Virus record (IMG/VR): IMGVR_UViG_3300028840_006907
Location: 224,001 to 288,000 of that record
Reading direction: 5' to 3' (one strand)
DNA length: 64,000 nt
Source: a virus
Shown here: piece after piece, positions 1-10,275 of the stretch
Layout of the letters: each line of letters begins with the position of its first letter
Numbering within the stretch: position 1 is the stretch's first letter
The notes under the pieces: generated by a model
Told to the model about the DNA's origin: nothing
The model's database searches: none
What the model saw: the letters and a program-made list of their open reading frames with translations, nothing else
Position numbers and translations under genes: made by a program

Positions 1-49
1 AGCTGTTGTAATTTCCAGTGATATTACCTCAGAGCGTATCGATAAATTA

Positions 50-595
50 GTGGAATCAGAAAAGATCTCTAAAAAAGTTGCTAGTGCATTAAAAGAAATT
101 ATAAAAACTTACCCATTAAAAGTTGAAGCTTATAAAGAAGACAAATCTGAAAAACAGATTGGTGTTCCAGGTCATTTCCATTCTTTAAATAATTTGAGAC
201 AGGATTCACATTTATCGGAATATCATCAGGCTTCAGTAGAATCTCTTCGTAAAGGTAAAAGCCATGAAGATGTTAAGGAAGAACTTCTTAAAAAGTTGTC
301 AAATGACGAAGCTGATAAAGTCCTTTTGGATGCTGTAAAGGCATTTAATGAATCTCCCGCTGGAACCAAAGCGAATGCTCCAGTGATTCCTGAAAAGAAA
401 AAATTGGTTGCCGATATTGAACCTCCAAAAGTATTACCAGACAAAGAAACGATCATTCCACAGACTCAGGAGTTTATGGATTTTTATAAAGGTTCAAATG
501 AGCTTATAGTCGATATCGATGGTAAATCTGCCAACTCAAATTTATTGGAGATAGAGAATCTGGATAGTAAGTCCGGTATTGATAATGCATTCTAG
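50..595 (+). CDS. hypothetical protein; reading frame stays open to the window start, so possibly 5'-truncated
   Basis: ORF track 181 aa; frame has no stop back to position 2; Lys/Glu-rich, no recognisable motif. Confidence 0.45.
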   Translation: MESEKISKKVASALKEIIKTYPLKVEAYKEDKSEKQIGVPGHFHSLNNLRQDSHLSEYHQASVESLRKGKSHEDVKEELLKKLSNDEADKVLLDAVKAFNESPAGTKANAPVIPEKKKLVADIEPPKVLPDKETIIPQTQEFMDFYKGSNELIVDIDGKSANSNLLEIENLDSKSGIDNAF

Positions 596-604
596 GAGCT
601 GTCT

Positions 605-1141
605 ATGGCTGATACTGAGAGGAAATTAGAGAATCTTGATTTGGATTCTGCAATTAAGAATCCTTCTCAACCTATTTCTGCAAATTTAGTGGAAGTAACT
701 GTTGCTCAACCTGAGGAATTAGCTGATGATGAAATTTGTCTTGCGATTAAAGAAGATGAATTGCCTGACACTGTTTTAAAAGCCGTTATTTTAGGTCTTG
801 CTGAAGAGCAGTCTTCATTAAAGACTTTACGTCAAAAGAAACAGAATGAAGGTAAGGATTCTTCTTATATCTCAATGAAACGTGGTATGTTGTTGAAATA
901 CATGTCTGAGACATTAATTCAACGGCAATCTTTAACTGGGTATACAGGAGAATTGGATTTAAGAGGTCCAAGATTCCGTGAAGTATTCAAAATGCTTTTG
1001 AATATTATTTCCGATACTTTTGATGAAATAAAAGTACCTCCAGAATATAAAGAGATGTTTTTTCATGCGTTATCACGAAATTTGGAGGGTTGGGAAGAGA
1101 GAGCTGAGAAGCTAGTAAAGAAGATGACACCTAAGGTATAA
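605..1141 (+). CDS. hypothetical protein, possible terminase small subunit by position
   Basis: 178 aa ORF ending 3 nt before the terminase large subunit start; call is from synteny only. Confidence 0.35.
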   Translation: MADTERKLENLDLDSAIKNPSQPISANLVEVTVAQPEELADDEICLAIKEDELPDTVLKAVILGLAEEQSSLKTLRQKKQNEGKDSSYISMKRGMLLKYMSETLIQRQSLTGYTGELDLRGPRFREVFKMLLNIISDTFDEIKVPPEYKEMFFHALSRNLEGWEERAEKLVKKMTPKV

Positions 1142-1143
1142 GA

Positions 1144-3036
1144 ATGAGTCTTTCTGAACTTTGTACAAATTATATAGGTTCTAATAGGTTAAAAGATGAG
1201 ACTGAGCGAAATATCATAGAATTTGCTGAGGCTCAATGGGGCCTAGGTATGGGTACTATGCCTGGTATCCCGCCTTTATTTCCTGTACAAAAGTTCATTT
1301 TTAAGACTTATTATAATATTCCTCTTGATAACGGTGATGACCGAATAATAATTGTTAAAGACAAGTTTAATGAGAAGGTCAGATACCGATTTAATGAGAA
1401 AGAATATTTAAATTTCTTGTTCAATGAAGGTCGTATAAATATCAAGGAGGTCACTGGAGACCCTAAAGATTCCAGAACTGACCTGGTATTAGTCATAGGA
1501 AGAAGAGGTCTAAAAACAAGTAGTATAGCGGTTTTAGTAAGTTTTGAAACTTACAAACTTCTTAAAAAAGTAAGTCCTCATGAGTATTATGGTATTATGC
1601 CTGATGATGAGATTCGGGTATCATGTGTTGCTACCAATAAAGAACAGGCTGGTGAACTCTTTCGAAGAATCAGTGGCCATCTAGAGCGTTCTGAATATTT
1701 TAAAAAATACCGTGAAAAACCCACATTGAGTTACATGAAATTAAGTACTCAACGTGATATTGAGGAGTACGGTCCTGGTAATAGATCCTCACTTCGTATT
1801 GTTGCCTCTCCCTGTACCGGTAGAGGACTTAGAAGTTATAATAATATCATAGCTGTTTTAGATGAGATGGCTCATTTCTTTGAGTCTGATACATCCACAG
1901 ATAAGTCAGATAAAGTGATTTATGATTCTGTTACTCCTTCTGTTGCAAAATTTGTCACTCCTGAAGGTGATCTTCATGGGAGAGTTATAAGTATATCATC
2001 TCCAAATGATCGATCAGGTAAATTCTATGAACTCTATGAGCGTTCCATGGAAGCTGATTGTGACAATATATTAATGATTCAGGCTCCTACCTGGGAAGTA
2101 GACTATACTCTTTCACCTAAATACCTAAGAGCGAAATATCTAGAAAATGCTGTTTCATATATGAGCGAGTTTGGTGCTGAGTTCTCTGATAGAGTGTCTG
2201 CTTGGATAGATAATGAGCAAATGTTAAGGATTAACATTATTCCAGGTTTGAAGTTAAAAAAGATAAGCTATGAGCGTACGCCTCATTTTATGGGTATTGA
2301 CGTTGGTCTTAAACAGGATGGAACTGCTATTGCAATTTGTCATATAGTAAAAGAAATGATTGGTGATATTGAAAGAAATTTGATTGAATTGGACTGCATA
2401 GATGCACGTTATGCAAAAGATGAGGATAAAGAATATTTCCATCCGGATGAAATAGCGGATTGGATAGCTACTTATAATGAGAAGTTTTACATTGTAAAAG
2501 GTATTATGGACCAATATTATGGTTTAGCTATGATACCTAAACTTCATGAAAAAGGTATAAAACAGATTAATGCAGCCCATTTCAGTCGGGATTTTAATTC
2601 AAAAGTATATCAAAATTTAATGTCGAAAATGCTCGATGTCTCATTAAGAATTCCAGAAGGTGATGAACATTTAGTTGATGGTAAAAAAACAAAGGATCTT
2701 GATTTAGTTACAGAAATGTTAAAGTTACGGGCTGTTACTCATTCAAAATATTTAATTACAGTAAAGGCTCCAGATGTAAAGAATGCTCATGATGATAGAT
2801 CTGATGCTTTTGCTCGTGCAGTCTATTTGGCTACTGAATATATGGCTTCTGGAGGTGGTATAGTAAAAAATAATCGTATTGAGAGTACTGGTAAAAACGC
2901 TTCTTATCGCCAGTATTATATGAAACAAAAAAGAAATGCGATGTATACAATGCGGCCTTCATCTGCCCTTCAAATGGAGATTTCAAGAAACAGACATTTT
3001 AATTCATTAATGAGCCAGCTCGGAACGAGGAGGTAA
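1144..3036 (+). CDS. terL: terminase large subunit (T4 gp17-like ATPase plus RNase H-fold nuclease)
   Basis: Deviant Walker A GRRGLKTS (compare T4 SRQLGKT); Walker B-like IIAVLDEMAHF; nuclease-type acidic motifs GIDVGLKQDGTAIAI and DDRSDAFARAVYLA; 630 aa. Confidence 0.75.
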   Translation: MSLSELCTNYIGSNRLKDETERNIIEFAEAQWGLGMGTMPGIPPLFPVQKFIFKTYYNIPLDNGDDRIIIVKDKFNEKVRYRFNEKEYLNFLFNEGRINIKEVTGDPKDSRTDLVLVIGRRGLKTSSIAVLVSFETYKLLKKVSPHEYYGIMPDDEIRVSCVATNKEQAGELFRRISGHLERSEYFKKYREKPTLSYMKLSTQRDIEEYGPGNRSSLRIVASPCTGRGLRSYNNIIAVLDEMAHFFESDTSTDKSDKVIYDSVTPSVAKFVTPEGDLHGRVISISSPNDRSGKFYELYERSMEADCDNILMIQAPTWEVDYTLSPKYLRAKYLENAVSYMSEFGAEFSDRVSAWIDNEQMLRINIIPGLKLKKISYERTPHFMGIDVGLKQDGTAIAICHIVKEMIGDIERNLIELDCIDARYAKDEDKEYFHPDEIADWIATYNEKFYIVKGIMDQYYGLAMIPKLHEKGIKQINAAHFSRDFNSKVYQNLMSKMLDVSLRIPEGDEHLVDGKKTKDLDLVTEMLKLRAVTHSKYLITVKAPDVKNAHDDRSDAFARAVYLATEYMASGGGIVKNNRIESTGKNASYRQYYMKQKRNAMYTMRPSSALQMEISRNRHFNSLMSQLGTRR

Positions 3037-3039
3037 AAA

Positions 3040-6000
3040 GTGTCGGAAGTTTATCAGGGTGATTATGCCCCTAATTTATATAATGAGGAAAAGCGTTATT
3101 ACTTATTTCAAGCACAACAGTTGACAAATCTAACTGATGCTGAACTTCGTGATTTACATAATATATCGAACACGTATGTCCGTCGTACAGTGCAAGCTCA
3201 AATTGGTGATTGTGCAATACAAGATGGTTATAAAATTGCTGAGAATACTTCGGATAAGTCTAACAATTTTCTTATAACAGGAGGAAGTGGTACTCTTGAT
3301 GATCCAGGGATGTATTATCTTAAAGGATATCGATTATTCCTTTTAGGTGATATAGCCTATAAAGATCAAACAGATACAGGTACTATTACCGATGACGGTT
3401 ATACTAAAACTATATTACCTGCTCTGACAACGCCTACTGGGGTCACCTCCACTTTAAATAGCCTTTCTTTAAGTAATCCCACTCTTATCTGTTGTGGTGA
3501 TACGAGTGCTATTGCTAACTCTTCTGATTGGGGTCGAAATTGGGTTGATAGAAATGCTATGACATCCCAAAATCTAAATGGTTCTTCTTTAGGAGACGCC
3601 TCAGTCGGTTATGCAGTTGGTAATGTGGGAGCTGTTCTTCGTACAACTGATAGTGGAAATAGTTGGATAAATATCCGAACAAGTTTACCAACTCTACCAA
3701 CAAATTATCAAAATGTTAATTTCTTTGATGCTTATTTTGTGAACTCTTCTATCGGATGGATCACGGGTCAAAGTGGTGCCATATTAAAAACAATAAATGA
3801 TGGGACTAGTTGGACTGTACAGGGATCTGGTGTCACTACTTCAGATTTAAGTGGTGTTCATGGGACTGGATTAACTGATGTGTGGGCTGTCGGTAGTAGT
3901 GGTATGGTGGTAAAAACGACTGATGGTACAACCTGGTCTCAACAAGCTAGTGGAACTCTTTTTAATTTATCAAGAGTACATGCTATTAATACATTGGTCG
4001 CTTATGCTGTTGGTAATAGCGGTACTATAATAAAAACAACGAATGGTGGTACATCTTGGTCTGCACTTACTTCTGATACTACAGAAAATCTTCGTGATGT
4101 TCATTTCACGGATTTAAATAATGGTTGGGCTGTTGGTGATAATGGTACGATTACCCGAACAGATGATGCAGGTTCAACCTGGGATTCTTCTACTATTGCC
4201 AGTGTCGATTTAAGAGCTGTTACTTTTTATGATACCACAGGATTTACTGCTGGTGGAAGTGGTGAGATTTACAGAACTCTTGATAATACAAATTGGGTGA
4301 AATATCGTACTGATTATGTTTACATTGATTTCCATCTAGCTGAGGTTTCAGGTGATGCCACCTCAGGTAGTGAATACATAGATACAAGTTTAGTGGATGC
4401 GACTGTAGGTTATCCAAGTGCCAATAGATTGAGGGTGGTCTCTGATGTAAAAGTGTCTGAAGGGTGGCCAGCTCCAGCCGATTACACCAATACTGATGCT
4501 ACCCTTCAGCATTATATCGCTCCTCTTGCGTCAATAGAGCGTTCGGTGGGTACAAGTGATATAACTTCAGCTAACATCACAGATTTAAGAACTGTTGTTC
4601 GTACTATTGGTGAGATTGATGCTGCCCTTAAAGACGGAAGTATTGGTACTTCTGCAATAGCTGATGGAGCTATTACCCCTGATAAACTTGATAGTACTGG
4701 CGATTATACAATGGGATCACTCAGTATCTTGGGAGATTCTTCTATTGCTGGTGATTTAACTATAGGCGGTATATTAGTTGTTAGTGATTATAGAACTAGC
4801 ACTATCATGGATAATCTTGTGGTACGGGGATCTGCTCAATTAGGTGATTCAACAGCTCCATATGAGGATAGTGTTAATATTTATGGTAATATTACTCAAG
4901 TATTAGATTCAACTAAAATCGCTTATGATATACAAACATCTTCAACAACTGATGCTTCTCCAATAATTAAAATTGTTTCTGATAGTACAGGTAGTGTATG
5001 GCATGTAGAAAGTAAATCTCAAACGACATCGAGTCTTTTTGATGCTACTACACAGAATATGGGGTATGATTTCCATTTAAATCATTTAGGATATGAAGGT
5101 GGCTTATTTAAATTAAGGGATGATGCAAGTAACCATACCATTACTATATCTAAGACAGCTCCAGGATTTAGAGGGTCTGTTTTAGATGTTACAAGTAATA
5201 GCAATGACCCAACAATAAATATCGTAAACAGAGCTTTATCTGATTCAACAAGTTTAAGTATTGACCAGACTCATGGGACCATGATTACTTTGAATACGTT
5301 GGGTGATGCTTCTGGTATCGATATTTATTCACAAGGCTCTGGAAGAGACCTACATATAGATCATTCAGGTACTTTAGGAATAGCTGTAGATATTACTAGT
5401 TCCAGTGCACAGGTTGCAATGAATCTTGTAAATCAGATGGGACCTGCTGTAGTAATAACTCAGAATGGTGATGATGAAGCTCTGTTGGTTTTAAATAAAG
5501 ATTCTACAACCTTAGGAAGAGCTTTAGAGATTAACCATAGAGGTAGTGATGTTGGATTAGGTGTTTATAATACTGGTACTGGAATGGGTCAGCTAATTTC
5601 ACATGTAGGTGATTCTACTCATCCTGCATTAGATATTTATGTAGCAGGGAATGAAAAAGGTCCAGCTCTTCGTATAAATAAGGCAAATGATGAAACTGGT
5701 GAAGGTATAAGAGTATGGAATCAAGGTTTTAGCGAATCCTTAAGATTAATTCAGGATAGAACCGATTCCTCAGCTACAGTACTTTTAATTGAAAGCCAGA
5801 GTATTGGTTATGATGTTAGCTCTAGTAATTGGAATATAGATAGCTCAGGTAATATTTATACCGCTGGAAGTATTACTTCTGATTCTACTGCTACTGTAAC
5901 AAGTTCTAAATTTGCTTTTGATAGTACTTATTATATGACTTCTACAGGGATGTATCTTGATAACAGTGGCTATGATTCCTCTAATCCTGCTGTAGCTGGT

Positions 6001-9000
6001 AGGGCGTTTATAGAATCAGGTTTTTTAAGAGTCAGTGACGGTACTACAGCTTCTCCAATACCTTCATGGGGTGCTACTGGTGCCACAGGAAATACTGGGG
6101 CTACAGGATCCACAGGGGCTACAGGATCAGGGACTCAAGGAACAACAGGAGTTCAAGGATCTGCCGGGGCTACTGGAGCTACTGGACCGGCTGGAACTGG
6201 TTCTACAGGAGTCCAAGGTGTCCAGGGTGAAACCGGTATTCAGGGTCTCCAAGGTGATACGGGTGTTAGTTTAGGAGCAACAGGCTTGCAAGGTATCACA
6301 GGTCTCAGGGGATTCACGGGACTGCAGGGTCAAACCGGTGTTGCTGGGGAAACCGGAGTTCAGGGAGTGCAGGGACAAACCGGAGCTTTTGGTGGCCCTC
6401 CAGGAGAAACTGGCGTGCAAGGTGTCCAAGGAAACACTGGAGTACAAGGAACTACTGGAGTTCAAGGATCAACCGGAGTTCAAGGAATTCAAGGTCAGAC
6501 CGGAATTCAGGGAATCCAAGGAAATACTGGAGTACAAGGAATTCAAGGTAATACTGGAGTACAAGGTCAAACCGGAGTAAGTGGAGAAACTGGAGTACAA
6601 GGAACTACTGGAGTTCAGGGTATTCAAGGTCAAACTGGTATAGCAGGTCAGACAGGTATAGCAGGTCAAACCGGAGTTCAAGGAATCCAGGGAATTCAAG
6701 GTCAAACAGGTGCCCAGGGTTTAACAGGAGTAGCAGGTGAGACTGGAGTCCAAGGATCTCAGGGAAATACCGGAGTTCAAGGTATCCAAGGGCATACGGG
6801 AGCTGGGATACAAGGTACTACTGGTGTTCAAGGTTTACAAGGTCAGACTGGCTCTCAAGGTACTACTGGAATTCAGGGAGAAACTGGTGTAGGTATCCAA
6901 GGTCAGACGGGTGTTGCCGGTGTTGATGGCCAAACCGGAATTCAAGGAATCCAAGGAACCACAGGAGTTCAAGGTGAAACAGGAACTCAAGGAATTCAAG
7001 GAAATACCGGAATTCAAGGAACTCAAGGAAGCACAGGAGTTCAAGGAGAAACTGGAGTTGGTGCTCAAGGAACTACTGGAGTGCAAGGAATACAAGGAAA
7101 TACTGGAGTTCAGGGAACAACCGGAGTTCAGGGAATTCAAGGTCAAACCGGTGTTCAGGGAACACAAGGAGAAACAGGTTATATAGATTCTTCCAGTGTT
7201 AATCATAACGCTCTTCTTAATTTAACTGTTGGTGATGACCATACTCAGTATGCTTTTTTAGCTGGTCGTACTGGTGGGCAAACTATAAATGGTGGTGATG
7301 CTGCTTCAGACGTTTTAACTCTTCAAAGTACTACTGATACTACAAAAGGGAACATCATTCTTAATCCTATTAGTGGGGATGTCCCTGGTAAAGTTGGTAT
7401 AGGAGTAACATCTCCGATTTATCAATTACATGTTGGAGAGATTTTAGATGGCGGTACTGTAGGTATATGTATAAATAACCAGTATACTGCAAATGGATCA
7501 GTTGATGAAACTGCTAGTTTAATATATAGATTTGGTAGGCCACTCAGTCCTCAATATAGAGTAGCAGGTCAAGTATTAGTAGGTAAGGAACAGGATTGGT
7601 GGGATTATAATAGTACTGACGCTTATATGGCTTTTCATACTACTCGTGATACAATTTCACGTGAACAGATGAGAATTAATGCTCAAGGTTATGTTGGAAT
7701 AGGTACAACAAATCCCCAAGCTAAGCTTCATGTAACGACATTTGCTCAATTTGATGAAGGCTTTTCAACTAATATCGGTATAGGTGTTACCGCTCCTCAG
7801 GCACAGTTACATGTCGGAGAGAGTGTAACTGATGGAGATGTTTCAATAATTGTGAATAACTGGTCTTGGACTGGAGGGTCTGTAGATGAGACAGCTAGTT
7901 TACAATTCCGTTTTGGGCCTCCTCCAAGTAATTATTCTGCTGGTAAAATTTCTGCTCATAAAACTTTAGATTATATGAGTTTCGATAATAGAGACTCTTA
8001 TATGACTTTTAGTGTTGTAAATAATCAATCTGAAGTTGAGCGTATGAGGATTTTAAATGATGGAAAGGTAGGTATTGGTACAACTGATCCTCAAGAAAGA
8101 CTGCATGTAATTGATAGGGGTCAATTTGATATGGGGCTACAACAACCTATTGGTATAGGTGTAACGGCTCCATTAGCTGAATTACATGTTGGTAATAGTA
8201 CTAATGGTGGTGATGTAGGCATTATTATTAATAACCAATACAATACTACTGGATCAGTTGATGAAACAGCAAGTTTAATTTATAGATTCGGTACAGTAGG
8301 AAGTGCAAATTATCGAGTAGCTGCCAGAATTTGTGCTCATAAAGAATTAGACTGGCAATCTTTTGATAATGTCGATTCAGCTTTAGCTTTTAGGACTACT
8401 CGAAATCAATCTGAAAATGAAAGAATGAGAATAACTAGTGAAGGTGATGTAGGAATTGGTACTGTCACACCTTCAGAAAAATTACATGTAGAAGGTAATA
8501 TTTATACTACTAATGGTTTTCTTGCTGGTGGGAACATCCAAATTGAAGGGGACTTTTTAGGAGGGACTGATGGTAATTCTAATTTAGGCTCTACTTCAAG
8601 AAGATTTAATAACCTTTATATGGCTTCTTCGATAAATTATAATTCTGATCTAACCTTTGATTGTACGGGTACCCATGTAACCCTTACAACTGGTGGTAAC
8701 GTAGGTATAGGAACTACAAATCCCCAAGGATTATTTCATGTTTCTGATGATACCAATGGTGGTGATGTAGGTATTGTTGTTAGTAATCGCTATATTGGTG
8801 GTGGGTCAGTTGATGAAACAGCTAGTATGATTTATCGTTTTGGCCATCCGTTAGGAGTAGCTAATAAAGTTGCAGCCAGAATAAGTGCCCATAAAGAATT
8901 AGATTGGGCAAACTCTAATAATACTGATGCTGCTTTGATTTTCTGGACTACTCGTGATGCTGTTGAACGACAACAGATGAGAATTGATAGCAATGGTTAC

Positions 9001-10053
9001 TTAGGAATCGGTATAACTAATCCTCAGGAAATATTACATGTAGATGGTAATATCGTAGGATCATCTGGTTCTAATTTAGGGTCTGCTGCATTAAGATTTT
9101 CTAATCTTTATTTGGCTTCTTCTATAAACTATAATTCTGATCTTAATTTTGATTCAACAGGAACACATGTCACTTTTACAACAGGTGGTAATGTAGGTAT
9201 AGGTACTACAGATCCGCAAGCATTATTACATGTCTTTGATAGTACTAACGGTGGTGATGTTGAAGTTATAATTACTAATGACTATTATAGTGTTAGTTCG
9301 TTGGATGAAACTACCAGTATAACTTTTCAAAATAGAGGTCACGATGGTAATAGGTATACTGCAAGTAGAATTCTTTGTGGAAAAGAAGGAGATTTTAGTA
9401 TCTCTGATAGAAAAGGTTATCTAGCTTTCCATACAGTTAATCAAAGTTCATTTGAAAGAATGCGAATTACTTATGATGGTAATGTCGGTATAGATACTAC
9501 GGCACCTTTAGATAAGCTTTCTGTCGAAGGTCAAATGTCTGTGACTCTTGCAGGTGATCGAAAATTTAAAGTAGATAGTACAGGACAAATTTATTCCGAT
9601 GCAGGTACATCAATATTTACTCCTGCTGACCTTGCTGAATGGTCAAAGGTAGAGGGGTATCTGGAAGAATATGAGTTAGGTATGGTAGTACAACAATCCT
9701 GTGTAGATTTAACCGTTAAGCTAGCTGATAGCCCTTCTGAGAGAGTATATGGTGTGGTTACAAACCGTGCCACATTTTTGGGAAGTCTTACTGGTATTGA
9801 TAAGAAAATATTAAAAGAATTAACGGATAGTGAGATAGAAGATGAGTTCAATGCCAAAAAAATAGCAATGGTAGGGCATGTTCAAGTTCTGGTAAAGGGT
9901 ACCGTTAATATAGGTCAGTCATTGACTCTTTCTGATAAGAAAGGAATAGCACGGGGAGCTACAACTTTTGAAGAAAAAGCTCTGGCTCTTGGTATTGCAA
10001 GAGAAAGTTATGATTCAACCGATATAGGACTTATTGAGGCGAGATTATTATAA
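3040..10053 (+). CDS. giant fibre/structural protein: N-terminal Asp-box (BNR) repeats, collagen-like G-X-Y tract, five repeats of a ~120-aa module, C-terminal domain
   Basis: Repeated TxDxGxxW motifs (TDSGNSW, NDGTSW, TDGTTW, TNGGTSW, DDAGSTW); about 375 residues of uninterrupted G-X-Y; five modules each carrying GSVDETASLIYRFG and VGIGTTNPQ..LHV. Confidence 0.8.
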   Translation: MSEVYQGDYAPNLYNEEKRYYLFQAQQLTNLTDAELRDLHNISNTYVRRTVQAQIGDCAIQDGYKIAENTSDKSNNFLITGGSGTLDDPGMYYLKGYRLFLLGDIAYKDQTDTGTITDDGYTKTILPALTTPTGVTSTLNSLSLSNPTLICCGDTSAIANSSDWGRNWVDRNAMTSQNLNGSSLGDASVGYAVGNVGAVLRTTDSGNSWINIRTSLPTLPTNYQNVNFFDAYFVNSSIGWITGQSGAILKTINDGTSWTVQGSGVTTSDLSGVHGTGLTDVWAVGSSGMVVKTTDGTTWSQQASGTLFNLSRVHAINTLVAYAVGNSGTIIKTTNGGTSWSALTSDTTENLRDVHFTDLNNGWAVGDNGTITRTDDAGSTWDSSTIASVDLRAVTFYDTTGFTAGGSGEIYRTLDNTNWVKYRTDYVYIDFHLAEVSGDATSGSEYIDTSLVDATVGYPSANRLRVVSDVKVSEGWPAPADYTNTDATLQHYIAPLASIERSVGTSDITSANITDLRTVVRTIGEIDAALKDGSIGTSAIADGAITPDKLDSTGDYTMGSLSILGDSSIAGDLTIGGILVVSDYRTSTIMDNLVVRGSAQLGDSTAPYEDSVNIYGNITQVLDSTKIAYDIQTSSTTDASPIIKIVSDSTGSVWHVESKSQTTSSLFDATTQNMGYDFHLNHLGYEGGLFKLRDDASNHTITISKTAPGFRGSVLDVTSNSNDPTINIVNRALSDSTSLSIDQTHGTMITLNTLGDASGIDIYSQGSGRDLHIDHSGTLGIAVDITSSSAQVAMNLVNQMGPAVVITQNGDDEALLVLNKDSTTLGRALEINHRGSDVGLGVYNTGTGMGQLISHVGDSTHPALDIYVAGNEKGPALRINKANDETGEGIRVWNQGFSESLRLIQDRTDSSATVLLIESQSIGYDVSSSNWNIDSSGNIYTAGSITSDSTATVTSSKFAFDSTYYMTSTGMYLDNSGYDSSNPAVAGRAFIESGFLRVSDGTTASPIPSWGATGATGNTGATGSTGATGSGTQGTTGVQGSAGATGATGPAGTGSTGVQGVQGETGIQGLQGDTGVSLGATGLQGITGLRGFTGLQGQTGVAGETGVQGVQGQTGAFGGPPGETGVQGVQGNTGVQGTTGVQGSTGVQGIQGQTGIQGIQGNTGVQGIQGNTGVQGQTGVSGETGVQGTTGVQGIQGQTGIAGQTGIAGQTGVQGIQGIQGQTGAQGLTGVAGETGVQGSQGNTGVQGIQGHTGAGIQGTTGVQGLQGQTGSQGTTGIQGETGVGIQGQTGVAGVDGQTGIQGIQGTTGVQGETGTQGIQGNTGIQGTQGSTGVQGETGVGAQGTTGVQGIQGNTGVQGTTGVQGIQGQTGVQGTQGETGYIDSSSVNHNALLNLTVGDDHTQYAFLAGRTGGQTINGGDAASDVLTLQSTTDTTKGNIILNPISGDVPGKVGIGVTSPIYQLHVGEILDGGTVGICINNQYTANGSVDETASLIYRFGRPLSPQYRVAGQVLVGKEQDWWDYNSTDAYMAFHTTRDTISREQMRINAQGYVGIGTTNPQAKLHVTTFAQFDEGFSTNIGIGVTAPQAQLHVGESVTDGDVSIIVNNWSWTGGSVDETASLQFRFGPPPSNYSAGKISAHKTLDYMSFDNRDSYMTFSVVNNQSEVERMRILNDGKVGIGTTDPQERLHVIDRGQFDMGLQQPIGIGVTAPLAELHVGNSTNGGDVGIIINNQYNTTGSVDETASLIYRFGTVGSANYRVAARICAHKELDWQSFDNVDSALAFRTTRNQSENERMRITSEGDVGIGTVTPSEKLHVEGNIYTTNGFLAGGNIQIEGDFLGGTDGNSNLGSTSRRFNNLYMASSINYNSDLTFDCTGTHVTLTTGGNVGIGTTNPQGLFHVSDDTNGGDVGIVVSNRYIGGGSVDETASMIYRFGHPLGVANKVAARISAHKELDWANSNNTDAALIFWTTRDAVERQQMRIDSNGYLGIGITNPQEILHVDGNIVGSSGSNLGSAALRFSNLYLASSINYNSDLNFDSTGTHVTFTTGGNVGIGTTDPQALLHVFDSTNGGDVEVIITNDYYSVSSLDETTSITFQNRGHDGNRYTASRILCGKEGDFSISDRKGYLAFHTVNQSSFERMRITYDGNVGIDTTAPLDKLSVEGQMSVTLAGDRKFKVDSTGQIYSDAGTSIFTPADLAEWSKVEGYLEEYELGMVVQQSCVDLTVKLADSPSERVYGVVTNRATFLGSLTGIDKKILKELTDSEIEDEFNAKKIAMVGHVQVLVKGTVNIGQSLTLSDKKGIARGATTFEEKALALGIARESYDSTDIGLIEARLL
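6070..7186 (+). repeat. collagen-like G-X-Y triplet-repeat tract (9/18-nt periodic) inside the 2337-aa fibre gene
   Basis: Direct reading: GxTGxQG codon repeats; produces spurious ORFs in other frames. Confidence 0.9.
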
Positions 10054-10269
10054 TAACTTTTCAATCCTGTTGAGAATGGTGACCAGTTCACTTCGGCATT
10101 TTTCAATTTCATTGAATCTGCCGAAGAATTGGTTACTATGCATTAAATTAGCATCTGTTTTTACTTTTCTTAAATCAGAAGCTTGTTGACCTAATCTTCC
10201 TCTACGTTTTAACCATCTCTTTACAAGTTTTCTCAGATTTTCAACTTCAGTTTTTATCTCATCTTTCAT
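10048..10269 (-). CDS. hypothetical small basic protein
   Basis: 73 aa ORF convergent with fibre gene; no motif. Confidence 0.3.
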   Translation of the reverse strand: MKDEIKTEVENLRKLVKRWLKRRGRLGQQASDLRKVKTDANLMHSNQFFGRFNEIEKCRSELVTILNRIEKLL

Positions 10270-10275
10270 AATATT

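Noticed and set aside
1144-3036. Possibility that the terminase gene also carries an intein
   Set aside because: No Cys/Ser...HN-Cys boundaries or LAGLIDADG/HNH blocks; the length (630 aa) matches an uninterrupted T4-like terminase
6035-7206. Alternative-frame ORFs inside the collagen tract of the 2337-aa gene (6035-6274, 6271-6465, 6338-6580, 6469-6705, 6835-7206, 6911-7186)
   Set aside because: Same repeat-frame artefact as above
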